Source: Octopus sinensis
Lineage: Eukaryota
Direction of reading: 5' to 3'
DNA length: 64,000 nucleotides
Assembly: GCF_006345805.1 (NCBI RefSeq)
Contig: NC_043000.1
Coordinates: 84,878,001-84,942,000 of the forward strand
Below, piece by piece: positions 27,622-39,714 of this stretch (its first letter is position 1; every line of letters begins with the position of its first letter). Below the pieces are notes generated by a model. It did no database searches. It was not told where the DNA came from and saw nothing but the letters and a program-made list of their open reading frames with translations. The position numbers and the translations under genes were made by a program.

Positions 27622-27790
27622 TGCGAAGTGGGCGCTGAAAAGTTCCTGGCTCTGGGTAAAAGAAAATACCGGAGGATCAGTTATGATTATAACTTATTCC
27701 ACTCTCAGATTCACACACTTATTGCAGATTATTGCACTTATTGCACACTTATAACTTTGATACATGTATTGAATACTCTCTATACCACTT
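27622..27790 (+). mobile_element. Possible mariner terminal fragment
   Basis: gaagtgggcgctgaaaagttcctggct resembles mariner-type TIR starts; no partner end found. Confidence 0.35.
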
Positions 27791-27810
27791 GTATATTCAA
27801 ATAGAAATAC

Positions 27811-27858
<48 letters not shown>

Positions 27859-28482
27859 GATAGATAGATAGATACATGCATACATGCATGCATGCATACA
27901 TACATACATACATACATACATACATACATACATGCATGCATACATACATACATACATACATACATACATACATACATACACGCGCACGCACACCAAACAC
28001 ATACACCTACATATAAGAACAAATTCCCAATAATTACGACCGTGTCATCTCAAAATATATAATGGAACTAAATTTCATTAATAATTAGTTACTCTTAAAT
28101 CCCTCAACAAATTTTCATAAGCTAAAGTCAACATCTTAAATTTAAATGAATAATTAAAAATATGTATGTGTATGTATTATTTGTTTTGCGAGATTCTTGG
28201 TGTGAAAACGTGTGTTCAAACAGATATTGTTACATTTGGGGATGGTCATCTTTTGACAATTAATATTACTTGTGTATAATTGGCAGAAGATTACCATCTC
28301 CAAGTATAACAATAAAAATATATATTATTGAAAGCTGGAATTTCATCAATGATTAATTTTAAATAGTTTAACCCAAGCTCGAGTCTGTTGAAATCTGTTT
28401 CACGTTCATGAAGGGTTATAATAACCTCATTCTTCTTTGAGGTTCCAATGGTAACATAAAATATTTCAAATATAGATAAATA

Positions 28483-28905
28483 AGCGCAGTCGTGGCTGTG
28501 TGGTAAGAAGTTTGCTTCCCAGCCACATGGTTTTGGGTTCAGTCCCTCCACGTGGCAATTTGGGCAAGTGTCTTCTACTATAGTGAGTAGATTTGGTAAA
28601 CGGAAACTGAAAGAAGCACGTCGTATATGTATATATGTTTGTGTGTGTGTGTGTGTGTGCGTGTGTGTGTATGCATATCTGTGTGTGTATGCATATCTGT
28701 ATGTATATCTTTGTGTCGGTTTTTGTCCCCCACCGCCGCTTGACAGCTGGTGTTGATGTGTTTACATTCCTGTAACGTAGCGGGCAAAAGAGACCGATAG
28801 AATAACTACCAGGTTTTTTTAAAAAAAGTAACTAAAATTCTTCAAGGAAATGCTGCAGTATAGCCGCAGTCTAATGACTGAATCAAGTAAAACATAAAAG
28901 ATAAA
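28483..28905 (+). mobile_element. tRNA-derived SINE with internal microsatellite (family D), copy 1
   Basis: TGGCTGTGTGG A-box, GGTTCAGTCCC B-box, central (TA/TG)n, AAAAGAT tail; five or more copies in the window. Confidence 0.85.
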
Positions 28906-28934
28906 ATGAGTTTCCAAATACCCTTTAACCATTT

Positions 28935-29288
28935 TATCTTTTGACTTGTTTCAGTCATTGTACTGCGGCCATGCTGGAGCACTACCTTAGAGGCTTTAGT
29001 CGAACAAATCGACACCAGTACTTATTTCTTATTCAATCGCATCCTTTTGTCGAACCGCTAAGTTACAACACTGCTTTTAAAGTGGTTGTTGAGAAAAAAA
29101 ATGCACACGCACACACACACACACACGACGGGCTTCTTTCCGTTTCCGTCAGCCAAATCTGCTCACAAAGCTTTGATCGGTCCAAGGCTTTAGTAGAAGA
29201 CATTTGACCAAGGTTCCACGCTGTGGAGCTGAACCTGGAACCATGTGGCTGGGAAGTAAGCTTCTTACCATGCAGTTACACCTGTACC
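28935..29288 (-). mobile_element. SINE family D, copy 2
   Basis: Reverse-complement homolog of 29673-30077 with an internal deletion. Confidence 0.85.
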
Positions 29289-29404
29289 AATAGAAGATAA
29301 ATGAGTTTCCAAATAATGATAAATAAATTTCCAAATATTTATATTTCGTTTTTGGATTTGGTTTGCAAGATTCTTTATGTGAGTTCGTGTGTTGAAGCAT
29401 ATTC

Positions 29405-29653
29405 TGTTGTGTCTGGGAAGAGTCATTTTCTTTTTGTGCCTTATAATTTAACACACTCACCGTTAAAAGTTCGACTTATTTCTTATTTTTATTTTCTTAT
29501 TTTCAATAGTCTTGACTCTCAAGACTATTGAAAAGGTTGCAAGACGCAACGAAAATTTTAGGAAAATAAAAGTAAGAAATAAATGGAAATTTTACCGGTG
29601 AGTGTGTTAAATTATAAGGCACAAAAAGAAAATGACTCTCCCTAGACACAACA
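29405..29653. repeat. Foldback (inverted pair) of a PLE-type terminal repeat
   Basis: Perfect 16-bp stem at 29500-29515/29519-29534 and an outer ~50-bp inverted match; arms homologous to 40520-40640 and 41720-41900. Confidence 0.85.
29525..29561 (+). ncRNA. Candidate minimal hammerhead with compensatory U3-A8 core
   Basis: CUA-UUGAAAA-G-GUUGC-AAGAC-GCAAC-GAAA-AUUU-UAG. Confidence 0.45.
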
Positions 29654-29672
29654 AACATTTATAATTGTTTCT

Positions 29673-30077
29673 AGGCGCAGGAGTGTGGTAAATAACTTGC
29701 TTACCAACCATATGGTTCCGGGCTCAGTCCCACTGCATGGCACCTTGGGCAAGTGTCTTCTACTATAGCCTCGGGCTGACCAACGCCTTGTGAGTGGATT
29801 TGGTAGACGGAAACTGAAAGAAGCCCGTCGTATATATATATGTGTATGTATGTGTATGCGATATGTGTCTTTATGTGTCTGTGTTTGTACTCCCACCATC
29901 GCTTGACAACCGATGGTGGTGTGTTTACGTCCCCGTAAATTAGCGGTTCGGCAAAAGTGACCGATAGAATACGTGCTAGGCTTACAATGAATAAGTCCCG
30001 GGGTTGATTTGTTGGACTAAAAAGGCGGTGCTCCAGCATGGCCACAGCCAAATGATTGAAACAAATAAAAGAATAAA
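29673..30077 (+). mobile_element. SINE family D, copy 3
   Basis: Head ggcgcaggagtgtggta, B-box gggctcagtccc, full body and tail. Confidence 0.88.
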
Positions 30078-30094
30078 ACGAAATTCAAATTATA

Positions 30095-30466
30095 GATAAA
30101 TAAATTTCTCAGTGTTGATAAATGAATTTCCAAATATTGATAAATGAATTTCTAAAAGCTGATGGCTATGCTTCCAAATGTAGATAAATGAGTTTTAAAA
30201 TATAGACAAATAGATGTCCAAATATTGATAAATTTATTTCCGAATTTTGATAAATAAATTTCAAAATATTGATAAATTCATTTCTAAATATTAATAAACG
30301 AGTTTCCAAACACAGATTAGTAATTTATCAAATATAGGTACAAGTGTTTCCATATTTAACTAAGGGAATTTCCAAATATTGATAAATGAGATTGCAAAAA
30401 CTGACAATTGTGTTTCCAAATATAGATAAATGATTTTTTCAAAATAATGATGACTTTCCAAATTAT
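30095..30466. repeat. Degenerate 22-bp minisatellite (GATAAATGAATTTCCAAATATT), ~16-17 units
   Basis: A phased 22-bp register is visible; relic units also at 28460, 28900 and 29295-29340. Confidence 0.8.
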
Positions 30467-30467
30467 A

Positions 30468-30659
30468 CGCGCTGGCGTGGCTATGTGGCTTCCAAACCAC
30501 ATGGTTCCGGGTTCAGTCACACTGCGTGGCACCTTGGGCAAGTGTCTTCTGCTATAGCCTCCGGCCGACCAAAGCTATTTAAGTGAATGTGGTTGACGGA
30601 AACTGAAAAAATCCCGTCGTGTGTATGTATATATATATATTTTGATATATATATATATC

Positions 30660-30694
<35 letters not shown>

Positions 30695-30912
30695 ATCTTT
30701 GTGTCTGTGTTTCTCCCGCCATCACTGCTTGACAACCGGTGTTCGTATCATTACATCCCCGTAGCTTCTCGGTTCGGCAAAAGAGTCCGATACAATAAGT
30801 ACTAGGCTTAAAAAATATGTCTTGCGGTCGATTTGTTTGACTAAAACCCTTATGGTAGTACTCCAGCATGGCTGCAGTCAAATGACAGACACAAGTAAAA
30901 ATAAAAATGTAA
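30468..30912 (+). mobile_element. SINE family D, copy 4
   Basis: Homologous to the other family D copies. Confidence 0.85.
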
Positions 30913-30926
30913 AAGTATAAAAGATA

Positions 30927-30992
<66 letters not shown>

Positions 30993-31033
30993 GTATGTAT
31001 GTATAAGTATATATAGTGTGTGTATATATATAT

Positions 31034-31070
<37 letters not shown>

Positions 31071-31127
31071 TAGATATATATAACATATCGTTGTTATGTT
31101 AAACTACCGTATGTCCAAATTGGCGAA

Positions 31128-31269
31128 ATGCGTCTTTCGGGGGGTTTTTTTCAATATTTAATTTTGCTTGCAATAGCCGGTTCTTTCGGTCAAACTATCG
31201 TATCTCCAGCTGCTTCAGATGAAAATTGTCAAAGTATAGTAGAACGGTTTAGCATTTTTCAAAAGTGTA
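31128..31269 (+). CDS. Weak candidate first coding exon of a secreted protein
   Basis: A at -3 of the ATG; MRLSGGFFQYLILLAIAGSFG looks like a signal peptide; donor A|GTAAGC at 31269/31270 (phase 1). No homology evidence. Confidence 0.2.
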
Positions 31270-31480
31270 GTAAGCCCCATATAAGACAGTTTTGCAAAAA
31301 TATTTCAGACTGAAAACATCATACATGCATGGAGTTTTGATTTTATGTACCAAACACAGTATTGTTGTTAAGCTAAAGCTGTTGCTGATGTAAAAAGAAT
31401 TAGAATAGTGAAACTATTTTTTCGTTTTCCGAAAAAGCAATGTTTTGAACTTAGCAACGATGTGTGTGTGTGTGTGTGTG

Positions 31481-31680
31481 GTTAATCCAAACATGAACAG
31501 GCAAGAAAAACAACAACGCGAGGACGTGGAATAAGTACAGTGTTGTTGGACGCCCAGGAAAGGAAAGAAATGAAAGAGGATTTAACGTTTCGAGCGGAGC
31601 TCATCGTCAGAAATATAGAAAAAGTTCAAAGAAGTGAAGACGGAGAAAGAAGATCGCCAACGATACACACGCGGTCACAT
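31481..31680 (-). mobile_element. ~200-bp non-coding hammerhead-bearing element (solo pLTR or retrozyme-like), copy 1
   Basis: Homologous to 59161-59361; flanked by (TG)n and (CA)n. Confidence 0.8.
31580..31614 (-). ncRNA. Minimal type I hammerhead ribozyme motif, canonical core
   Basis: AUUU-CUGACGA-U-GAGC-UCC-GCUC-GAAA-CGUU-AAAU: intact CUGANGA and GAAA, palindromic stem III, 4-bp stems I and II. Confidence 0.75.
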
Positions 31681-31702
31681 ACACACACACACACACACAT
31701 AC

Positions 31703-31744
<42 letters not shown>

Positions 31745-31751
<7 letters not shown>

Positions 31752-32817
31752 ATATATAATATTATCATACCAAGATGCTTCTTCCATCGATGTTGCAGTG
31801 CTTAGATCCCACTGGTGAAGAGGTTTTCATCCTGTTGATTAAAAGAGTAGATATGACGTCATCAGTAGATATGACGTCATCACTGCGGTACTGGTTCCTC
31901 GCCAAGTGTTTTTCATGTTGTGGGACAGATGATAGTCAAATAGGGCCAAATCAGGAGGATAAGGACGCTTTCATCAGATTTTTGGGGCATTTGGTATTGA
32001 TACCCTGTTTGAAGATGGTCCTTTTGAAGATGGTCATAATGCCCTTTGCGTCCCAAAAATCTGAGACAATCACCTCTTTAGCAGATGAAATGACCTTGGC
32101 CATAGTTGGAACAGGTGTTTCCACTGAATGAATTATTTCTTTGTCTCTGGCTGAAAGCGATGAACCCAACACTCATCCTGGGTTAGGAAACGTTCAAGGA
32201 ATTCAACTGGATTTCCCTCAGTCAAATTTCAGGTTTTCTTGTGATCATCCTCGTGCGCTTGTGATCAGGTACCAGAAGACGTGGATCCCACCAAACAGAA
32301 ATCATCATCATGACAAGTTCATTGTGCAGAATATTGTCAACTCTCGCGCGAGATATGCTAATAGCATTGGCCATTCGATTTACAGTCAGCTGCCTGTCAT
32401 CCATGCGGTGCACACGATCAACGTTTTCCTCGGTGGTGGCAGCTGCATGATGGCCAGACCTTGGGTCATCTTCAAGACTCTCCCTTCCGCTCCTAAATTT
32501 ATCAGCCCACTTGTACACTGTTGATAACGCTGCGTCACGTCCTAATGTAACAACCATGTCAGTATAAATGTCATTGCTAGTTTAACCTTTTTCCTGCAGG
32601 TACTTGATAACACCACCATGCCAATTTTTTTCCATTTTCAAGAGAAGTCGCTGTTAATTAGTTTTGAAGTATTCTTTGAATAGTCAGGTCTCAGTTTACC
32701 GGGAAAGAAACAATGCAGTTTTAATACGAAGTGTTGTAATTACAGCACGCAAGATTTCACAGTTCTAGCATCAATCCTTCATTATCGGCCTATGGACTTT
32801 TCTGTCCACCCTTGTAC
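31745..32817 (-). mobile_element. Degraded mariner transposon
   Basis: STVYKWADKFRSGRESLEDDPRSG HTH, W.PRLL, GKVI...FWDAKGI; 18-bp tandem duplication at ~31846-31881. Confidence 0.8.
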
Positions 32818-33503
32818 GAACCGTTGACTTCTCAGCCGGAATTCCATCAACACCGCTATGTCACTTGTATTTTACAGCGATCTTTCATAAAAATCGATAA
32901 AATACTTTAAAGGCGAAAACAATATATAGTTCTCATTTATTCATGATACAGTCTTTTGACATTTAACAATTTAAACGAATATTAAGCCTCATTGAAATGA
33001 GCTTTAGATTTGCATTTATTTATCTCTAATGACTAAATCAATATTTCATAGAGAAATTATATAAAAATTATTTCAAAGTTACATTTTTTACTCTCTGTAC
33101 ATAAATATGCCACCAAGAATCGTTTGTTCTTTCGTTAGACTGTTGCCATATGATCGAACAAAATGAAGACACCCCAATGGTTCCAGGACTTTTGATGGAA
33201 GAATTGTGTACAGCCTATACAATACAGCAGTGGAGCAAAACAACATCAACGCACCACTTAGTTATATGTGTGTATGTGTGTTTATCATATGTATGAATAC
33301 ATATATATATATGTGTGTCTGTATGAGTGTATGTTTGTGTATGTATATATATATGGGAGAGAGAGACAAAAACGCCAAAACTGACGGAGACAGAGAAAGG
33401 TTGATAGATAGTTATAGATTGATAAATTGATAGATAGGTGGGTATATAGAGTCAGACAGAGTCACAGAAAATCAGACTGACGTCAGACATATAGCTACTT
33501 GAT

Positions 33504-33580
<77 letters not shown>

Positions 33581-34094
33581 CAACTGAAGCCAATAAAGCA
33601 GATGCTATTTGATATAAGACTGTTAGTAGTAACCTTAAACAGACGAGACTTCATTATGTCCTCGAGCCAAATGTTCTACAATTTCTATTTCCTTATTTGC
33701 TATAATGAACTTCACATCGAATTGATGAATGTCTCTCAAGTTCCTATAAACAGAATCTCACACGATTTATTTTAGTTTACACCTTTTGGTATTTAGTACA
33801 CTTAATTGTTTGACATTGTTCGTTTTGGTTTCATTGTAAACTAGCAGCTGGCCATGCTGATAGAATACCGCTTCTAATGGCTTCGTATTTCATTACTGTT
33901 GCTGCTTTGACTCTGGGAAAGATATTTAACCTTTTATAGCTAAGTTCGTTTAAAAAAGTATAATTCTTTTGAATGAACTTGGCTGTAGAAAATTAATTAC
34001 TCTTGCAACACCTTCCAGGCTCCGATAATATTGTCTTTCTTTTGTGTGATATTTATTTTTCGATCTGAGTATTTCCTATGTAGCACAATGTATT

Positions 34095-34385
34095 GGTGAA
34101 ATCGTGTGGCTTAGTGGGTAGTGTATTCTGTTCGCGATCGTAAGGTAGTGAGTTCGATTCCCGGCGACGCGTTGTGTCCTTGAGTAAAACGCTCTATTTC
34201 CACGTTACTCCACTTTGTTACTTTCGGTGTGTCACCCTGAATCTCCCTGAGAACTATGTTAAGAGGATGCGTGTCTGTGGAGTACTCCGCTACTTGTACG
34301 TTAATTTCAGGAGCAGGGTGTACCGTTGATCGGAACAACGGGAGCACTGGTCGTCGGTCGTCGTAACCGAAGGAATGCCCAGCCA
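34095..34385 (+). mobile_element. tRNA-derived SINE (family C-related)
   Basis: A-box TGGCTTAGTGG, B-box AGTTCGATTCCC. Confidence 0.75.
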
Positions 34386-34542
34386 CAGTGTATTGATCTG
34401 ATTGTAGTTCAGATATTATTTAGACAAGCTTATTAATATGGCCAACTGTGTCTAGCAAGAGATAGATTCTCACAAGTCTACATCGCAACACAGTTTCAAT
34501 CCCCGGCTGGAATCATAACACACACACAAACACTCATACACG

Positions 34543-34577
<35 letters not shown>

Positions 34578-34792
34578 TATATATATATTATATATATATA
34601 TATATACAAGATAAGAAAATGGAGAAATAAATCTAAATCAAATATCAAGCCCATATAATACAGTAAATGAATTAATTGCATCGCAATCATTAGCATTTAT
34701 GTATTAACTTTGTTGGGTACTTCACTAGCAGTATATTGGATATATGTTATCCCATGGAGGGTTGCTTTTACAACCCCTATCTCAATTTGAAA

Positions 34793-34799
<7 letters not shown>

Positions 34800-34834
<35 letters not shown>

Positions 34835-34883
34835 CATTCATGTTGTATATACATATATATATATATGTATAACATTCATGTTG

Positions 34884-34918
<35 letters not shown>

Positions 34919-34936
34919 TATATATAACATTCATGT

Positions 34937-34979
<43 letters not shown>

Positions 34980-34990
34980 CATTCATGTTG
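34800..34990. repeat. Compound repeat: four TATAACATTCATGTTG units separated by (TA)n
   Basis: Directly visible. Confidence 0.9.
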
Positions 34991-35650
34991 TTCTAAGTAA
35001 AAGTATATGCATAAATATTTCAAAACCATTCATTCCTTACTGTGTCAGCTCAGCTGTCACTTATCTCAGTTTTCCTTGACTCAGTTAACGCTTCTACGGC
35101 TCACTTCTTGCCGTTCTAAGAAATACAGTGAACAGTGGCCATAAAATTGTAAAATTGTTAGCTAGACACATCGCCATACTCAGCTGGTATGTGACATCAT
35201 TAGGAATCGTGAATGACATAGTGTAATCGCTATTATTATGTAGTCGCTGACAGTTATTGACATACTTGCGGATCCCACTAGGAATTCCTAGGATGTAAGA
35301 TGTGGAGAGCGAATGAGAGAACGAGAGAGAGACAAACAAACAGACAGATACACTCAGACAGAAAGACAGAAAGACAGACAGACAGACAGACAGGCAGGCA
35401 GGCAAACTGGCAAGCAGGCAGACAGAGACGGTGAGGTAGAGATACGGAGAGAAAGAAAGAGTTGACCCAGCATGCGACTCATCTTGTCGATCTTGACCCC
35501 GAGAGGGCAAAGTTAATCTCGAAGGGAATTATACTCTCAGTGCAGACAGCCAGAAGGAATATCGCAACGCATATAATCCGACACTCTAACAACTCAGTCA
35601 ATCGACAGCCTTGTCTGTCAGTCACCTTGTCTATCTATCTCTCACTCCCT

Positions 35651-35690
<40 letters not shown>

Positions 35691-35724
35691 CCTCTCCCTG
35701 TATATATATATATATATATATATA

Positions 35725-36359
35725 CTAGCAGTATCGCCCGGCGTTGCTCGGGTTTGTAAGGGAAATAACTATATAAGCATTTTTAGAGAGTTATAGCCAA
35801 AAAATAGCCAAAAATGCATTAAAAATGGAAAAAATATGATGGTAATTTTTTTTTAAATCGTTGACTCATCGTAGACATTTTTAGAGAGTTACTTCCCTTA
35901 TATAATAGCGAAAAAATGCATTAAAATGGAAAAAAAAACGATGGTAATTTTTTTTTAAATCGTAGACTCATGTAGACGCTTCTTAGCCATTTCTGTTTTG
36001 GTGTCTTCAAGCCATGAAGTCGTTGTTCTAAAAGAACGCTGGTCTCCTTGACAACGCATTACGACGTTGATTTCCTTACACTCCCTTCCCCACAGGTGCA
36101 GGTGTGAGCGTGGACGCCAACTCCGCCGCCATCGACACACGAAAAATTATGCATTAAAATGGAATAAAAAATTATGTTAAATTATTTTTAAAATCGTAGA
36201 CTCATCGTAGACGCGCGCTAATACTCAGACGGGCTCGATATGAATCACGACTATAAGATACCCGAATTTGGTTAAACTGCACCGCAAAATGTGAGAGTAG
36301 TTAGGAATGTAAATCGAAGGGGACAGACACTCACACAACTACAGTTTTATATATATAGA
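35725..36359 (-). mobile_element. Non-autonomous Helitron H1 with internal rearrangement
   Basis: TC...hairpin-CTAG termini; internal duplicated blocks. Confidence 0.85.
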
Positions 36360-36369
36360 TATACATAGC

Positions 36370-36965
36370 GCAGTAGTGGTGAGATGTGACAGCAAAGAAA
36401 AGCATACATTCACTCTCTGCATGCAATTAGACTCGGAAAGTTCGTGAGGAACCCATTGACCCAATTTGCTGACTTTTCCGATAGCACACAGGTGTCAATG
36501 AATGGTTGAATGACCAAATCCAAGCTTGTCTGCTAGTTCCTCAACAGTTACGATGAGATTTTGTTCCACCAGGGTTTTCAGGATGTCCTTGTCGAGTTCT
36601 ACAGATCTTTCAGGATGAGGCTCGTCTTCTAGGCTGTAGTTATGGCTCGGAATTTCTGGAACCACCATTGACACTGCCTTACGCTTATTGTCCAATCCCC
36701 ATATACTGCATTAATATTTCTTGTACTTCCGTTGCGTTGTTGTCTTTATTGAACTCATAAAGCAAAATATGCCAAATATGCTCCTTTGTTACTTCCAATA
36801 TAGCTTTGAAAAAAATAGCTGTTAAAATCGAAATGCACTCTTCAAAACTTGCACTATGAATAAGGACAAGATAAAATTACTACCTGCTTTTATAGCAAGT
36901 TAATATAAGTAGTTTATCCCATTCCCCTCTGATTTTTAGTTCAAGCTGTTGAAAAAACCGCATTA
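36370..36965 (-). mobile_element. Mariner 5' fragment
   Basis: KHIWHILLYEF...SLEDEPHPERSVELDKDILKTLVEQN..TVEELADKLGF.HSTIH..L..IGKVSKLGQWVPHEL. Confidence 0.8.
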
Positions 36966-36976
36966 TTATATATATA

Positions 36977-37008
<32 letters not shown>

Positions 37009-37484
37009 CACACACACTCTCTCTCTCACACACATGCACACATTTATATTCTGTTATTCTTTTATATGTTTCAGCCTTGAGGTTGTGGCCATGCTGGATC
37101 ATGTGTGTGTGTGTGTGTGGTGTGTGTGTGTGTGTGTCTATCTGTCTGTCTGTCTGTATGTATATATGTATATGTATGTGTGAACAATAATATTTTCAAC
37201 AGATGTGTTGCAAATGTATCTGATTGTTCTCAAGCTTCAATACTGTGTGTGTGTGTATGTGTGTGTGTGTGTATGTATGTATGTATATGTATGTATGTAT
37301 GTATATGTATGTATGTATGTGTGTATGTATGTATGTGTGTGTATGTATGTGTGTGTGTGTGTATGTATGTGTGTATGTATGTATGTATGTATGTATGTAT
37401 GTATGTATGTATGTATGTATGTATGTATGAGTGTATGTTTACTTTATTACTAACACAAGCCACTACGGTTATTTAATGTAAAGT

Positions 37485-37628
37485 CTTCCTCAAATCACTC
37501 TCTGTCGCTATTTACTCTCTTCCAAGAACATTTTCACTCACTTTTATGTGTTAGCTTCCCATACATTTTACTCATGTATCTATCAGCGTCATAGACAGAA
37601 ACAAATATTACATCTAGTTTCACTTTAT
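37485..37628. repeat. Unclassified interspersed repeat, second copy at 44965-45100
   Basis: About 140 bp of direct homology starting caaatcactctctgtcgct. Confidence 0.7.
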
Positions 37629-37772
37629 TCGTTCTTTTTATTTGTTTGTGCGCATGTGTGTGGGTCATTATATACACATGGATGTATATATGTATGTATG
37701 TATTTATGTATGTATTCTGTATATTCATGTTTGTATGTTCGTGTTTGTATGTTTTTATGTGTGTGTGTTTAC

Positions 37773-37814
<42 letters not shown>

Positions 37815-38245
37815 TACTTCTGTTTCCTTGTGTGTATGTCTTAGTGTGTCTGTGTATGGGTTTTGTGACTATGTACAGTGTCTGTATGTATGGATGTGTG
37901 TCTCCAATGTGTCTGTGTATATAGTCATGTGTTTCAGTCTTCATTTGCGTATGTATGTGTGTATGTTTGCTGGTCTGTTCATATTACCTATGTACCTATC
38001 CGTCTGTATGTATATCTGTTTACATTCATATCCATTTGCCTACATACATGTGCATATATATATTATTGTATATATTATATGTGTGTATATATATTATATA
38101 ATATATATATATATAGTATATATTTATAATATATATATATATATATATTATATTATGTTATATATATTATATACATATATATATATATAGTATATATATA
38201 TAATATGTAGAATATATAGATACATATATATATATCTATATAATG

Positions 38246-38278
<33 letters not shown>

Positions 38279-38283
38279 GTATG

Positions 38284-38320
<37 letters not shown>

Positions 38321-38321
38321 G

Positions 38322-38365
<44 letters not shown>

Positions 38366-38534
38366 GATGTATATATATATATACATATATATATAATATA
38401 TATATATGTATGTATGTATATATATATATAACATATATATATATATGATATATATATATATATAATGTATGTATATATATATATATATATATGTATGTAT
38501 ATATATATATATATGTATGTATATATATATATAC

Positions 38535-38576
<42 letters not shown>

Positions 38577-38578
38577 TA

Positions 38579-38610
<32 letters not shown>

Positions 38611-38750
38611 CGTATACGTATACGTATACATATACACATACATACACACATACATAACAGTCAACTAACTATTCTGCCTGTATATAAATATAAGCTGTGG
38701 GTATGATTACCTACTACGTATATTTCCTATTTAGTACTGGGGATGTTTTA
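37628..38750 (-). mobile_element. PLE 3' UTR (left arm of a long inverted repeat) containing a ~580-bp AT expansion
   Basis: Directly follows the PLE ORF stop; reverse-complement homolog of 39715-40512. Confidence 0.7.
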
Positions 38751-39625
38751 TTTATGAGGACGTACTCCTATATTTGTCTGAGGGTTGGGTGCTTGGATAA
38801 AATGTAAAATGCGGATGTCAAGTTGACGCACGTTGCCTCCACGTTGGTCCTTGACGTGTTGGTAAAATATGGAGGACTGTTTTTTGTCGTCATATTGTCT
38901 CAAATGCTCATTTAGTCTTTCCGCAATGCTCCTAGTTGTGTCTCCTATGTATGACATGTTCATGTCTTTACATGCACCTTCTATGCACCTTATGCTGTAG
39001 ACTACATTTCTAGTTCTACAGTTAATGCCAGAGTTAATCCTACATACCATGCAGTTATCACTGGTGCATATCGTATTGTCAAATGGTACGTCCTACATAG
39101 TTGTGATCTGATGGAGTTGCCTGGCTTTTCAACGATCTTAATGTTGAGTTTGGTCTCCTTCAGACCTTTCCTTAATCGACGAGCTAGTTCTCCATGGGTT
39201 GTGGCCTCAACAAACATCACTCCTTGACATTTGTCGGTTTTGTATCACGTATTCACCCTGTTTGCTTCGTCACAAACTCTTTGTATTCTATTCCAGTCTT
39301 CACTTCTATATCTAAAGCAGGAACCACTGGTTTCATTATATATAATGTTATTTAACTTCTTTCTAGCTCTCCGGTATACTCGAATCCTATTTTTCTGATC
39401 ATATCCAGAGAATTGCTTCTGGTGCATGAAGTTCTGTACATGTTTTTTTCGTTTCATAAGGTTTGCATAGTGGGGACACTTTGTTCATTATCCTAAGTCT
39501 GCTATCAGTATGTTGATTTTCATGTTGTGTGACAAAGCTGAGGTCTTGTGAACAACATATTTCGAAGCCATGGGTTCATGTAATAGGAATGGATGAGATC
39601 CACTCTGTATACATGTATACATACA
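38748..39625 (-). pseudogene. PLE RT thumb, Cx4Cx2C linker and GIY-YIG remnant (third lineage)
   Basis: EPMASKYVVHKTSAL, FMHQKQFSGY, MFVEATTHGELARRLR..IKIVEKPG, CTSDNCMVC, CRTRNVVYSIRC..C....YIGDTTRSIAERLNEH; frameshifted. Confidence 0.85.
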
Positions 39626-39714
39626 TACATGCATGCTTAGATACATACATACATACATGGATACATACATACATACATACATACATACATACATACATAC
39701 ATACATACATACAT

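Noticed and set aside
30095-30466. CRISPR-like periodic repeats (also 34800-34990 and 61060-61149)
   Set aside because: The units are contiguous or separated only by (TA)n, with no unique spacers or cas genes, in a eukaryotic context.
35094-35300. Minus-strand frame after a pyrimidine tract and CCTAG acceptor
   Set aside because: The tract is a microsatellite, the peptide is unrecognisable and there is no convincing donor.
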